From Anaerolineae bacterium (GTDB lineage: Bacteria > Chloroflexota > Anaerolineae > Anaerolineales > RBG-16-64-43), in contig PLND01000063.1 of NCBI GenBank assembly GCA_003141675.1, positions 30,036 to 94,035 on the forward strand: a DNA stretch of 64,000 nt, given 5' to 3'. Positions 1 to 8,935 of the stretch are shown one piece after another. The notes beneath the pieces are model-generated. The model made no database searches, had not been told where the DNA came from, and saw only the letters and a list, made by a program, of their open reading frames with translations. The number at the start of each line of letters is the position of its first letter. The first letter of the stretch is position 1. The position numbers and the translations under genes were made by a program.

Positions 1-231
1 AGTAAACGTAACGGTGGTGTTGGGAGTGACCGTCCGCGATGGTGTGGGGGACGATAGAAACGAGAGCGGCAAAGCCTTGTTGCCCCAGATCCCTACTACC
101 AGGAGCAGCACCCCGATCATCACTGCCACGCCGGTCAACATCCCGATGAAAAAGTTACCCAACCCTTCTTTGCGGCGCGGGTAGAATCCTGAGACATCTC
201 CAAAATCCTCTTTGTTCGACAGATCGGACAT
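1..231 (-). CDS. partial CDS (N-terminal 77 codons, runs off window start): membrane-anchored hypothetical protein
   Basis: Not in the ORF track because there is no stop in the window. ATG at 231-229 is preceded by AAGGAG (RC of cattttctcctt). Translation MSDLSNKEDFGDVSGFYPRRKEGLGNFFIGMLTGVAVMIGVLLLVVGIW... has one clear TM helix. The frame stays open to base 1. Confidence 0.5.
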   Translation of the reverse strand, partial: MSDLSNKEDFGDVSGFYPRRKEGLGNFFIGMLTGVAVMIGVLLLVVGIWGNKALPLSFLSSPTPSRTVTPNTTVTFT

Positions 232-383
232 TTTCTCCTTCCCCCCGGTTGCCCTCCAAAGGCCGATTCAATCTTTCTCTTCATTTGTATGCCATCAGAG
301 GACCGGATGAATTCATTCTACCGAATTGATCGTGAATGCGCCACAAGCATAAAAAAAGAAACCTAATCCGATCTATAATACCA

Positions 384-1466
384 TTATTGTCCGTGAATTT
401 CTCTTATTGCCCAACCGGCAAAATCCCTTAAAACAGGGTTCTGATTTGATTGAAACGGGAGCAAAAAAGGGATAGCTTCCTCGCGGCGGGTATTGCCCAG
501 GACAATGATCAGATTACGCAGATACCCTTCACGTCCTATCCGGCGGAGCGGGCTTTTATAAAAACGAGCTTGCCATTCCTCCTCGGAAAGGGCAGTTTCC
601 CGTGCCACATTATGGATGGGAAAATGAAGCCTTGAGCGAAAAGGAGATTCCGCTTCCAAATGGTCCTTCCGGTTCCAGGGACAAACAATCTGGCAAATGT
701 CGCAACCGAAAACCCACCGGCCGATCCGGATGCGGACGTCGTCCGGGATGGACCCGCGATGTTCGATCGTCCAATAGGAAATGCACCTGCCGGAGTCGAT
801 CGTCCGGTCGGGAAGGATGCAGCCGGTCGGGCAGGCTTTCAGGCAACTATCGCAGGTCCCGCAGCGGTCGAAGGCGAAGGGCGGATCCGGAGGCAGTTCC
901 AATTCGGTGAGGATAACCGCCAGGAAAAAGAAAGAACCTATCGCGGGATGGATGAGCATGGAATTTCTGCCGATCCATCCCAATCCGGCACGGGAGGCGA
1001 TCTCCCGTTCGAGGATCGGGCCGGTATCAACGTACGCCCGATGCCGCGGCCGGCCTCCGGCAAGCGAATCGAGATCCCGACAAAGCAATCGCAGCCGGCC
1101 CGGGATGATCTCGTGGTAATCCACACCCTGGGCGTAGGCGGCGACGCGCCCCTCTAGCGGCAGGTTTTTAAAATCCGGAGGCGGCGGATACGGTATCGCC
1201 AGCGAGATAATCGACCGGGCCGGGGGAAACAACCGGGCCGGGATGGCCCGCATCGACAGGCTGCGTTCCGACGCCAGATAGCCCATCCCAGCCTGACGGC
1301 CGGCGGCGATCCAATTCGCAAACGCGGGGTAATGGTCCGGCGGTTCGGCCGTGGTAAACCCGCAATGGACGAAGCCCAGTTCGCGGGCGCGCTTTCGCAG
1401 GGAATCCTTTAAAAGTTCCATCGGACGCGGGTTTCTACCAGCCGCTTGCGGAAAAAACCGTGGCAA
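384..1466 (-). CDS. queG: epoxyqueuosine reductase (QueG)
   Basis: Two 4Fe-4S ferredoxin-type Cys clusters (CGTCDSCLKACPTGCI, GCDICQIVCPWNR). CISYWTIEHRGSIP segment and HEAT-like C-terminus typical of QueG. Internal Met (MELLKD, start 1421) would remove the 32-nt overlap with the upstream gene. Confidence 0.9.
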   Translation of the reverse strand: MPRFFPQAAGRNPRPMELLKDSLRKRARELGFVHCGFTTAEPPDHYPAFANWIAAGRQAGMGYLASERSLSMRAIPARLFPPARSIISLAIPYPPPPDFKNLPLEGRVAAYAQGVDYHEIIPGRLRLLCRDLDSLAGGRPRHRAYVDTGPILEREIASRAGLGWIGRNSMLIHPAIGSFFFLAVILTELELPPDPPFAFDRCGTCDSCLKACPTGCILPDRTIDSGRCISYWTIEHRGSIPDDVRIRIGRWVFGCDICQIVCPWNRKDHLEAESPFRSRLHFPIHNVARETALSEEEWQARFYKSPLRRIGREGYLRNLIIVLGNTRREEAIPFLLPFQSNQNPVLRDFAGWAIREIHGQ

Positions 1467-3135
1467 GGAAATTGGCGCGTTCCTTGGTGGTCATAAACCG
1501 CGGACGGGCGTAATCGACGAAGGTGATCGTGATCAAATCGGTCCCGAGATATCGGCCGTTATAAAAAACGTGCCGGTCGATGAATGCATCCCGATTTTCC
1601 TCCTGATCATACTGGTCGAAGAACAGGTTTCCCAGGCCGTAGTGGATGAACGACCGACCGGTGAAATCGAAGGTTTGCGGATGATGGGCCTGGCTTCCGG
1701 AAACGACGACGGCTCCGGCGTCGGCCATCGCATGGAAATCCAAGACCTGTTCGTCGGTCGGTTCAAATTGGGAATACTCGATATATTGGAAGGTCATAAC
1801 GGGCAGATACCCGTCGGCGGTTAATTGCTTCAGCTCGGTTTTTAGGTAATCGAAATCGCAGGGCGCCGCTCCTGGCAAATTGTCGGTCGCCCATTCACCG
1901 TTGTTGCCGGGTTTATTGCAGCCGATGAAGGCCAGGCGGTTGCCGTTGCTTTCCATCAGGACGGGTTTCCGGGCCGCCTCCAGATTCTTCCCGCTGGCAT
2001 AGAAGGGCCAGCCGCGCTGCGTATACAGTTCCATCGTATAGAGCAGCGCGTCCGATCCCCAATCCCGCACGTGATTTCCGGTCATCTCGACGATATCCAC
2101 GCCGATATATTCCAGCAGATCGATATACCGCGGATCGGAACAAAACGGATAGAGGCCTGGCGCGGGGTTCGGCGGAGGGCAATCCTGTGCGAATGGGACT
2201 TCATTGCTCACGTGGGTCAGGTCGGCCGATCGAAGCAGTTCACCGATATCCTCGGCCGGGTAAAGCACGCCTTGTTTTTCCATGGCGTATGCGGTGGCGC
2301 GTACCAGCGCGGTCACGCCAGTAAGAATCAGGGTGGTTAACTTTGACGGGTCGCGGTTGGTTGCCGAGAGGCTGGATTTCGCGGCAACCTGATCGAACAA
2401 TGTCAAATCCCCGGAGATGGAAATCGGCACCGCCAGCGGATAGCCGGTCGAATCGAACGCGTTCCGCATCGGCGATTGCCCGTCCACTTCCAATACTTTC
2501 CAGCGCGGCGAAAGCGTTTCCCATGGGACAATCGCCCAGGCGGGAGGATTAGCCCAGGCGTGATCCGCCAGTTGATCGGCGGGAACAATCTGCACCGCAC
2601 CCGGGGCGGGCACTCCCCACAAGGCGGAAAAGACATCCAGCGTATTCTGATCCATGAGTAGCGGCCGGCCGGCGAATGGATTGCTCCCTTCCCCCGACCA
2701 CGCTTGCCGCAAGTCCAGTGTGCTCACTCCGTCGGTGACGGTTGGAAACGGAGCTACCAGGGCATAGATCCATGTTGAGACCCGCCGCTCGTCGCCGATA
2801 TAAAGCTGGACGGCCGAGTCCTCCAGATTGGTTGCGATCCGCCAACCCGGCGGGGGGGAGAAGACAGAGAGAAAGGAATCCGGCAACGCCGGTGAGATCC
2901 ATAGGGCGGGAGGGATGGGGGTTTGTGACGCGTCGGATGGAAAAACGTCCGTGGGCGAAAACTCCGTCGGTAGGAACGGCGTGCTGGTTTCCGCCAAGGA
3001 TGGATCCGGGAGGTAATTACTTTCAAGCGAAGCCTTCGGGCTGCCGGAATTCATACCGGGCAGGGTTCCGGTACATGCGGAAAAAAGCATCCCCAAGAGC
3101 AAGGAAGTACAAATTCTGCGTGAAATTTTCCGCAT
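1435..3135 (-). CDS. CapA/PGA-type metallophosphoesterase-family lipoprotein
   Basis: Lipoprotein signal MRKISRRICTSLLLGMLFSAC. C-terminal half has CapA-like blocks (LTHVSNEVPF, VEMTGNHVRDWG, AFIGCN, VVVSGSQAHHPQ, IHYGLGNLFFDQ). Confidence 0.8.
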   Translation of the reverse strand: MRKISRRICTSLLLGMLFSACTGTLPGMNSGSPKASLESNYLPDPSLAETSTPFLPTEFSPTDVFPSDASQTPIPPALWISPALPDSFLSVFSPPPGWRIATNLEDSAVQLYIGDERRVSTWIYALVAPFPTVTDGVSTLDLRQAWSGEGSNPFAGRPLLMDQNTLDVFSALWGVPAPGAVQIVPADQLADHAWANPPAWAIVPWETLSPRWKVLEVDGQSPMRNAFDSTGYPLAVPISISGDLTLFDQVAAKSSLSATNRDPSKLTTLILTGVTALVRATAYAMEKQGVLYPAEDIGELLRSADLTHVSNEVPFAQDCPPPNPAPGLYPFCSDPRYIDLLEYIGVDIVEMTGNHVRDWGSDALLYTMELYTQRGWPFYASGKNLEAARKPVLMESNGNRLAFIGCNKPGNNGEWATDNLPGAAPCDFDYLKTELKQLTADGYLPVMTFQYIEYSQFEPTDEQVLDFHAMADAGAVVVSGSQAHHPQTFDFTGRSFIHYGLGNLFFDQYDQEENRDAFIDRHVFYNGRYLGTDLITITFVDYARPRFMTTKERANFLATVFSASGW

Positions 3136-3166
3136 CGTAGGAATGGGGCGGGAAAGCGCCGGGGAA

Positions 3167-5926
3167 TTATTCCTTAACCGCCTGCATCTCCTCCCAATTT
3201 TTCCCCTGCATGGCGTCCGCCGTTAACGGAATGCCGAGGGAGAGAACGTTTTCCATCACCTGGCGCACGAGCCGCGCGGCGGGAATGATTTCCGCGTCCG
3301 GGCATTCGAACACCAGTTCATCGTGCACCTGCAGGATCATGCGCGTGCGCATGCCTGCCCGGGCCAGTTCGCCCGGCAAACGGATCATCGCGATTTTCAT
3401 GATATCGGCGGCCGATCCCTGGATGGGCGCGTTGATCGCCTCCCGTTCCGCGCGGTTGCGGGCGTTCTGATCCAGGCGTGAGCCGGGTGCAAGTTCCGGG
3501 AAATACCTTCGCCTTCCAAGCATGGTTTCGACGTATCCGCGCTCCGCGGCCATGCGCTTGAGAGTCTCGACGTAATCCCGGATTTTTGTAAAGCGTTCGA
3601 AATAGGTTTCGATGAACTTTGTAGCTTCCGAAAGAGTCAGATCGGTCGAACGCGTCAGTCCAAACGCCGTCTGGCCGTAGAGCAGGCCGAAGTTTATTGC
3701 TTTCGCATGGCGGCGCATGGCGGGCGTCACCTCGGGGAGCGACACACTGTAGATGGCCGCGGCCGTGACGGCGTGGATATCCTCTCCGTGGCGGAAGGCC
3801 TCAATCATCCCCGGATCGCTCGCCATGTGCGCCGCAAGCCGCAGTTCGATCTGGGAATAATCGATCGAGAGCAGGCGGTGGCCGGGCGAACCCACGAACG
3901 CGCGGCGGATCCGCCGGCCTTCCTCGGTGCGGGTGGGGATATTCTGAAGATTCGGATCGGAAGAGGATAAGCGGCCGGTGACCGTCCCGGTTTGATTGTA
4001 GGACGTGTGCACTCTACCAGTTTCCGGATTGACCTCGTCACGCAGCGCCTCCACATAGGTGGAGAGCAGCTTGGAGAGTTCGCGATGGCGCAAGATCTGC
4101 TCAACCACCGGATGCGCTCCGGCCAGGCTCTCGAGCACGTCGGCGGCGGTGGAATATTTTCCGGACGCCGTCTTGCGGGATTTATCCGGCGGCTGCAGCC
4201 CGAGCTGCCCGAACAGCACGTCCGCCAGTTGCTGTGTGGAATGCAGATTGAACGGACGGCCGACCATCTCATGCACCCGGACCTCGATCCCGTGCAATTC
4301 CGCTTGCCAATCCTCTCCTAGACCGTCCAAATAGGGAAGGTCCAGCCGGACCCCCTCGCGTTCCATGGCGGCCAGAACCGGGATCAGCGGCATTTCCATT
4401 TCGGCAAACAGTTTCGTTTGACTACGCTCTACCAAATCCTGGCGCAGGGGAGCCACCAACCGCAGGGAAATATCCGCGTCGGCGGCGGCATAGGGGGCCG
4501 CCTGAGAGGCCGGCACGCGGTCCATGGTGATTTGCTTTGCGCCCTTGCCGATCAGCGCTTCAATCGGCGTCATCTCCACCCCAAGCCGGAGGAACCCGAG
4601 ATCCTTCAAGCCGAGGTTGTGCGACGCGGGGTTGCACAGCCATTCGGCAACCATGGTATCGAAGGCGGGCGCGGAAATAGGCAGCCCGGCGCGCTCCAAT
4701 ATGGTCAGGTCATATTTAATATTGTGGCCGGTTTTCGGAACCTGGCTGTCGGAGAGCAGGCCGCCCAGCCGCTGCCTGACCGCGCCCAGGTCCATATTCG
4801 GCCCGAGCGCATGACGGATGGGAATGTAGTACCCCTCGCCCTCGGTCACCGACAGCGACAATCCGACCAGTTCGGCCCGCATCGGATCGGTCGAGGTGGT
4901 TTCGGTGTCGAGCGCGAGGATCGGCGCGCGGGAAATGCTTTCGACCAGAGCGGCCAACTCCGCGTCGCTTTGCACCATATGCCAGCGGGTGACCTCGGCT
5001 CCGGCTTTCGGTTCGGCAAACATTCCCATCTGCACCGTGGAGGCGGCTCCTCCGGGCAACCGGGAGAGCAGAGTGCGAAATTCCAATACCTGGAACAACG
5101 CGGCCACCTCTTCGCGCGAATATTGCCCCACCCGGCACTGGGCGAGATCCGCGCGCAACGGGACGTCGGTGCGGATGGTGGCCAGTGTGCGCGATAGGAT
5201 TGCGCTTTCGCGCCCGGCTTCCAGTTTGGTTCGATATCGCGGCGCCACATCCCCCAGTCGGTTGTAGATTTCGTCAAGCGTCCCGTACGTCCGTAGAAGT
5301 TCGGTGGCGGTCTTCTCGCCGATGCCGTTCACGCCGGGGATGTTGTCGGACTTATCGCCCACCAGCGCTTTGTAATCGATCAGTTTCTCCGGTGAAAATC
5401 CCCATTGCTCCTCGAACTTAGCCGGATCGTAATCGGTGGATTCGGAAAGGGAGCGCCCCGGCAGGCGGACGGTGATCCGTTTGCTGACCAGCTGCAGCAG
5501 ATCACGGTCGCCGCTGAGGATGAGCGTGTCGGTTCCGGATTCCGACATTTGGCGGGCGAGCGTGCCGAGCACGTCGTCTGCTTCGAATCCTTCGGCCTCG
5601 AAAATGGGGATGCGGAACACGCGCACAACATCCCGGATTCGGTCGATTTGCGGCCGCAAGTCTTCGGGCATCTTGGCGCGAGTGGCTTTGTATGCGGGAT
5701 AGAGATCGTCGCGGAAGGTTTTCCCGGTATCGAAGGTGACCGCCAGATATTCGGGTTTTTCTTTTTCCAGAAGCGAGAGCAGGATGGAGGTGAAGCCGAA
5801 CGTGCCGGCGGTGGGTTCGCCGCGCGAGGTGGTCCAGCGGTTGGTTTGAGTTCCCGCGGACGTCAGCGCGAAATAGGCGCGGTATGCCAGCGCGTGTCCG
5901 TCCAGCAGGATGATTTTAGGAGCCAT
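3167..5926 (-). CDS. polA: DNA polymerase I
   Basis: 5' nuclease N-terminus (ILLDGHALAYRAYFAL) and 3'-5' exo motif (LALDTETTS). Pol motifs A (LLSIDYSQIELRLAAH), B (RRHAKAINFGLLYG) and C (QVHDELVFE). Start taken at MAPKIILLDG (ATG 5926); the ORF track extends to 5998. Confidence 0.97.
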   Translation of the reverse strand: MAPKIILLDGHALAYRAYFALTSAGTQTNRWTTSRGEPTAGTFGFTSILLSLLEKEKPEYLAVTFDTGKTFRDDLYPAYKATRAKMPEDLRPQIDRIRDVVRVFRIPIFEAEGFEADDVLGTLARQMSESGTDTLILSGDRDLLQLVSKRITVRLPGRSLSESTDYDPAKFEEQWGFSPEKLIDYKALVGDKSDNIPGVNGIGEKTATELLRTYGTLDEIYNRLGDVAPRYRTKLEAGRESAILSRTLATIRTDVPLRADLAQCRVGQYSREEVAALFQVLEFRTLLSRLPGGAASTVQMGMFAEPKAGAEVTRWHMVQSDAELAALVESISRAPILALDTETTSTDPMRAELVGLSLSVTEGEGYYIPIRHALGPNMDLGAVRQRLGGLLSDSQVPKTGHNIKYDLTILERAGLPISAPAFDTMVAEWLCNPASHNLGLKDLGFLRLGVEMTPIEALIGKGAKQITMDRVPASQAAPYAAADADISLRLVAPLRQDLVERSQTKLFAEMEMPLIPVLAAMEREGVRLDLPYLDGLGEDWQAELHGIEVRVHEMVGRPFNLHSTQQLADVLFGQLGLQPPDKSRKTASGKYSTAADVLESLAGAHPVVEQILRHRELSKLLSTYVEALRDEVNPETGRVHTSYNQTGTVTGRLSSSDPNLQNIPTRTEEGRRIRRAFVGSPGHRLLSIDYSQIELRLAAHMASDPGMIEAFRHGEDIHAVTAAAIYSVSLPEVTPAMRRHAKAINFGLLYGQTAFGLTRSTDLTLSEATKFIETYFERFTKIRDYVETLKRMAAERGYVETMLGRRRYFPELAPGSRLDQNARNRAEREAINAPIQGSAADIMKIAMIRLPGELARAGMRTRMILQVHDELVFECPDAEIIPAARLVRQVMENVLSLGIPLTADAMQGKNWEEMQAVKE

Positions 5927-6878
5927 GACGGTCGGACGGTCCGCTGGATGAGTCCGTCGGTTTGAATGGGGGAAGATCGCCGGTGCGGCGTTTTCCACTA
6001 AGAATTTCGCCCGTCTTGTGCCTGATCGCGGCGAGTTCGCCGGTGATCCGGCGAACCGTGCCGCCGACCGGCGGCACGTCGAGTGCTTTTTCGAACACCT
6101 TGGCCCTGCGCCGTGCGACGGAAAGCGAGGTCTTCCGGTCGAACAGCAGGGTCAGGTCGTAATTCAACGCGAGGGAAATTGAATACAGGAACATCTCCTC
6201 GTTCTCGGGTGGAAGCCGGACGTATTGAGCGATGGCGCCGCCGGGGGTTTCGGCCCACATCTGGGAAACGCGCCGCGCGAGGAGGGAAAGTTTTTCGCGG
6301 GACAGCGATCCGGCGCCGGCATGCAGTTCCGCGCCGTGGGTGATCAGGCAGGCCAGGGCGGAATTCTCGGCCGACAACCGTTCCAGCCAGGCGCTGGCCT
6401 TGCCGGCGTTTTCCAACCAAGGGACGGATCGGGTGGATTTTTTGGGTGGTGGCGGTTTAATCACCGTCTCCTCGAGAGTCTCCGGCTCTTCGGGGAAGAC
6501 TTCCGCCAGAGATGGGACCTCCGCTCCCAGCAGGGCGGCGATTTGCGGGACGAGGTCCGGCAGGTAAAACGGCTTGGTGATTGCTCCCTGCATCCCCAGC
6601 ATCGGGATGACCGGATTATCGGGGTCGTTGTCCGGCGGGATGCCAAGCAGCAGGATTCCCGGATGGACCCCCTGCAATGCGCGGACGAGTTCCTCCGCAG
6701 GCCCGTCGGGCAGATGGAAGTCGACGATCGCCAGATCGACCAGCCCGCCGGATGCGAGCTGAAACGCTTCGCGTCCGGTGTGGGCCAGGATGCATTGGAA
6801 TCCTACCGACGAAAGCGCCTGCTGCAGCATCCCGGCAAAGCCCGGGTTGGCATCCACGATTAGGATCGAACGGCTCAT
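5916..6878 (-). CDS. response-regulator receiver protein with uncharacterised C-terminal domain
   Basis: N-terminal CheY-like receiver (ILIVDANPGF...DLAIVDFHLPDGPAEELV...ITKPF). About 170 aa C-terminal region has no DNA-binding motif I recognise. Its stop overlaps the polA start by 11 nt. Confidence 0.8.
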   Translation of the reverse strand: MSRSILIVDANPGFAGMLQQALSSVGFQCILAHTGREAFQLASGGLVDLAIVDFHLPDGPAEELVRALQGVHPGILLLGIPPDNDPDNPVIPMLGMQGAITKPFYLPDLVPQIAALLGAEVPSLAEVFPEEPETLEETVIKPPPPKKSTRSVPWLENAGKASAWLERLSAENSALACLITHGAELHAGAGSLSREKLSLLARRVSQMWAETPGGAIAQYVRLPPENEEMFLYSISLALNYDLTLLFDRKTSLSVARRRAKVFEKALDVPPVGGTVRRITGELAAIRHKTGEILSGKRRTGDLPPFKPTDSSSGPSDRHGS

Positions 6879-7416
6879 ACGGTAAGTTTACCCCGCTTTC
6901 GCCATTCAAGCTTGACCGGAATAATCCTTGAGAAAAAATAATATTTTGCCGCGGGAGAAAGATGCAGGACATAATGAATGCCGACTTTTCGCGGAGGGTA
7001 CTCCGATTTATTAATGGATGGGCGAAAGCGGGGTTAGCGTAGAGAGGAAAACAAGACCCGGGAACCTGGTACTCCCCGAAATAAGTCCCGCAGTACCATT
7101 TGGTACTGCGGGAGAAACGACGGCTTGTTCACGGACTGCGTCTACGCGGAACCGCCGACGTCAGCTGAAAGGTCGGCGTCCGGAAGGCTGATCGGTGGAA
7201 ACGGGAATCGACGCTGTTCCCCGGGTGAGCCTATTGGTTTTTCGATACCCTGCTGCTTTAAAATCTTCGCGGAATTATTTACGGAGACTTAATCCCAAAT
7301 AGCCCGCATCCCGCGGTTCCATTATAGAAAATATGCAAACCGGATGATATAATTTTTCCATGTATTCTGAAGACAATTCCGCGTGGAATTCCGTAGGCTC
7401 GAGGCGAATCCTCGGT

Positions 7417-8262
7417 ATGAAAACCTGGCAAATCGCCTTGTTGGGGGGGATGGGGCTATTGGATTGCCTTGTGCTGGCCGTCGGGGTTGTAATTGTCTTC
7501 AGTTCCGCATCACCGCGTTCCACCGGCCAGGTCGCGGAAGCAATCCCCACCGCGGAACCCACGCTGCCCGCGTCGGCGGTTCCCGTTCCGACCGTCGACG
7601 CGTCCCTGTTCACCCCGGAGCCCTCCGCCACGCTGAATTATCTGTTCCCAACTTACACTCCGGCCGGAACCGTTACCGCCGACAGCCCGACTCCCACAGC
7701 CTCGGCCACCTCCTCGATGGAGGGCTGGGTGAAGTATTCGGTCCGGGAAGTGGAACTCTGGATGCCGGGAAGCTTCGTGGCTGGAAATCCGCACACCGAC
7801 GCCAAAGCCATCGTCGCCTCCTTGAAGGAGAAGGGCGCCAATTATAATTTTGACAGCATCGAAGAGGAATTGAAGGCTTCCACGAAGAATTACGTATTTT
7901 GGGGCATCGATTCCATTCAAGGCAACCCGGCCATTGTGACCTATATGGCCATCCTGTACGATTACCTGCACCCAGGGGAGACGATGTCGGATTACGCCAC
8001 CCGGTTCATCTCCACGATGTCGGGCGATTATATGTTGATCCAACAAAGCAGCGTACCCAGCCCGCTCTATGAAATCGATCAGGTTCTCATGGAGACAAAA
8101 AGTACATCGGGGACTCCCATGCGGATCGTCCTTTACGCCGTCCGGGATCAAAATATCGTTTGGGACGTTCTGTGCATCACCGCCGCGGACGAGATGGACG
8201 ACCGTTTGCCCGCCTTCGATTTGATGGTCGACACTCTACGGGTGCTGGCCGCTCCCCAATAA
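7417..8262 (+). CDS. hypothetical membrane-anchored/secreted protein
   Basis: Start chosen at MKTWQIALLGGMGLLDCLVLAVGVVIVF (signal anchor); the ORF opens at 7360. PT-rich linker followed by a globular domain with no recognised motif. Confidence 0.6.
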   Translation: MKTWQIALLGGMGLLDCLVLAVGVVIVFSSASPRSTGQVAEAIPTAEPTLPASAVPVPTVDASLFTPEPSATLNYLFPTYTPAGTVTADSPTPTASATSSMEGWVKYSVREVELWMPGSFVAGNPHTDAKAIVASLKEKGANYNFDSIEEELKASTKNYVFWGIDSIQGNPAIVTYMAILYDYLHPGETMSDYATRFISTMSGDYMLIQQSSVPSPLYEIDQVLMETKSTSGTPMRIVLYAVRDQNIVWDVLCITAADEMDDRLPAFDLMVDTLRVLAAPQ

Positions 8263-8515
8263 AACCCACGCGGATCGGAACACTTCGGTGGAAATTGCAT
8301 TCCGGACCGATTGGCACCGACAACCCCCATCGGAGATTACCCGCCGGCCAGGGTCGGAGTGGATCGCATACGGGGCCGCCGTCGCCTTGCGCCTGCCTTG
8401 AGTGCTGATTCCGGAGGAAGGGGATATCGTCCTCCACCCGGCCCGCTCGGATTTCTCCAAGGTGCGCATCTCCAAGCCCCGGGCGTTTCGATTCTGACTG
8501 GCAGGAACCACCCCA

Positions 8516-8543
8516 TTGACAAATAGACAGTTGTCTATATAAT
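8516..8543 (+). promoter_or_regulatory. sigma70-like promoter with embedded palindromic operator upstream of arsR
   Basis: TTGACA (8516-8521), 16 nt spacer, TATAAT (8538-8543). The spacer holds the inverted repeat ATAGACA-gt-TGTCTAT (8523-8538). Confidence 0.65.
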
Positions 8544-8563
8544 ACCGGTCTTCGGGAAGGTCT

Positions 8564-8878
8564 ATGGCCAATTCCAAGCAGTTGGGGCAATCCGTCGAAT
8601 TTGCGAAAGCGATCGCCGATTCCACCCGGCAGAAGATTATGCGCTACTGCTGCTGCGAGTGGCGGTCGGTCAGCGAGGTGGCGGACCACATGGGCGTAAC
8701 CCAGCCCACCGTTTCGCATCATTTGGCCGTCCTGCGGGACGCCGGCCTGGTGGAGATCCACCATCGGGGAAAACAGACTTTTTACCGACTGGATCAGGAA
8801 AAAATGGAAATGTGCTGCGGCGAACTGACGCGGAGCTTTGCTCCCAAAGGAGGGTCAACGGCTGCATTCAAAGACTGA
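8564..8878 (+). CDS. arsR: ArsR/SmtB-family metalloregulator
   Basis: Winged-HTH block SVSEVADHMGVTQPTVSHHLAVLRDAGLV. Cys triplet YCCCEW at the alpha3 position and a C-terminal CC pair (EMCCGEL). Confidence 0.9.
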   Translation: MANSKQLGQSVEFAKAIADSTRQKIMRYCCCEWRSVSEVADHMGVTQPTVSHHLAVLRDAGLVEIHHRGKQTFYRLDQEKMEMCCGELTRSFAPKGGSTAAFKD

Positions 8879-8903
8879 CGCCAACCTTTTTTTAGATTAT
8901 TAC

Positions 8904-8919
8904 ATAGACGCACGTCTAT
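8904..8919 (+). promoter_or_regulatory. second copy of the palindromic operator, upstream of arsM
   Basis: ATAGACG-ca-CGTCTAT followed by TATAAA and RBS GGGAGA before ATG 8936. Shares the ATAGAC-N4-GTCTAT core with the arsR site. Confidence 0.6.
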
Positions 8920-8935
8920 ATAAAGGGAGAGCAAA

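Noticed and set aside
7021-7240. RNase P RNA or SRP RNA (GAGAGGAAAA..CCCGGG and GUCCGGAAGG strings)
   Set aside because: Only short partial resemblances. It lacks ACAGAACCCGGCUUA-type and GGUGAAA RNase P blocks. The SRP helix-8 symmetric loop and long closing helix cannot be drawn.
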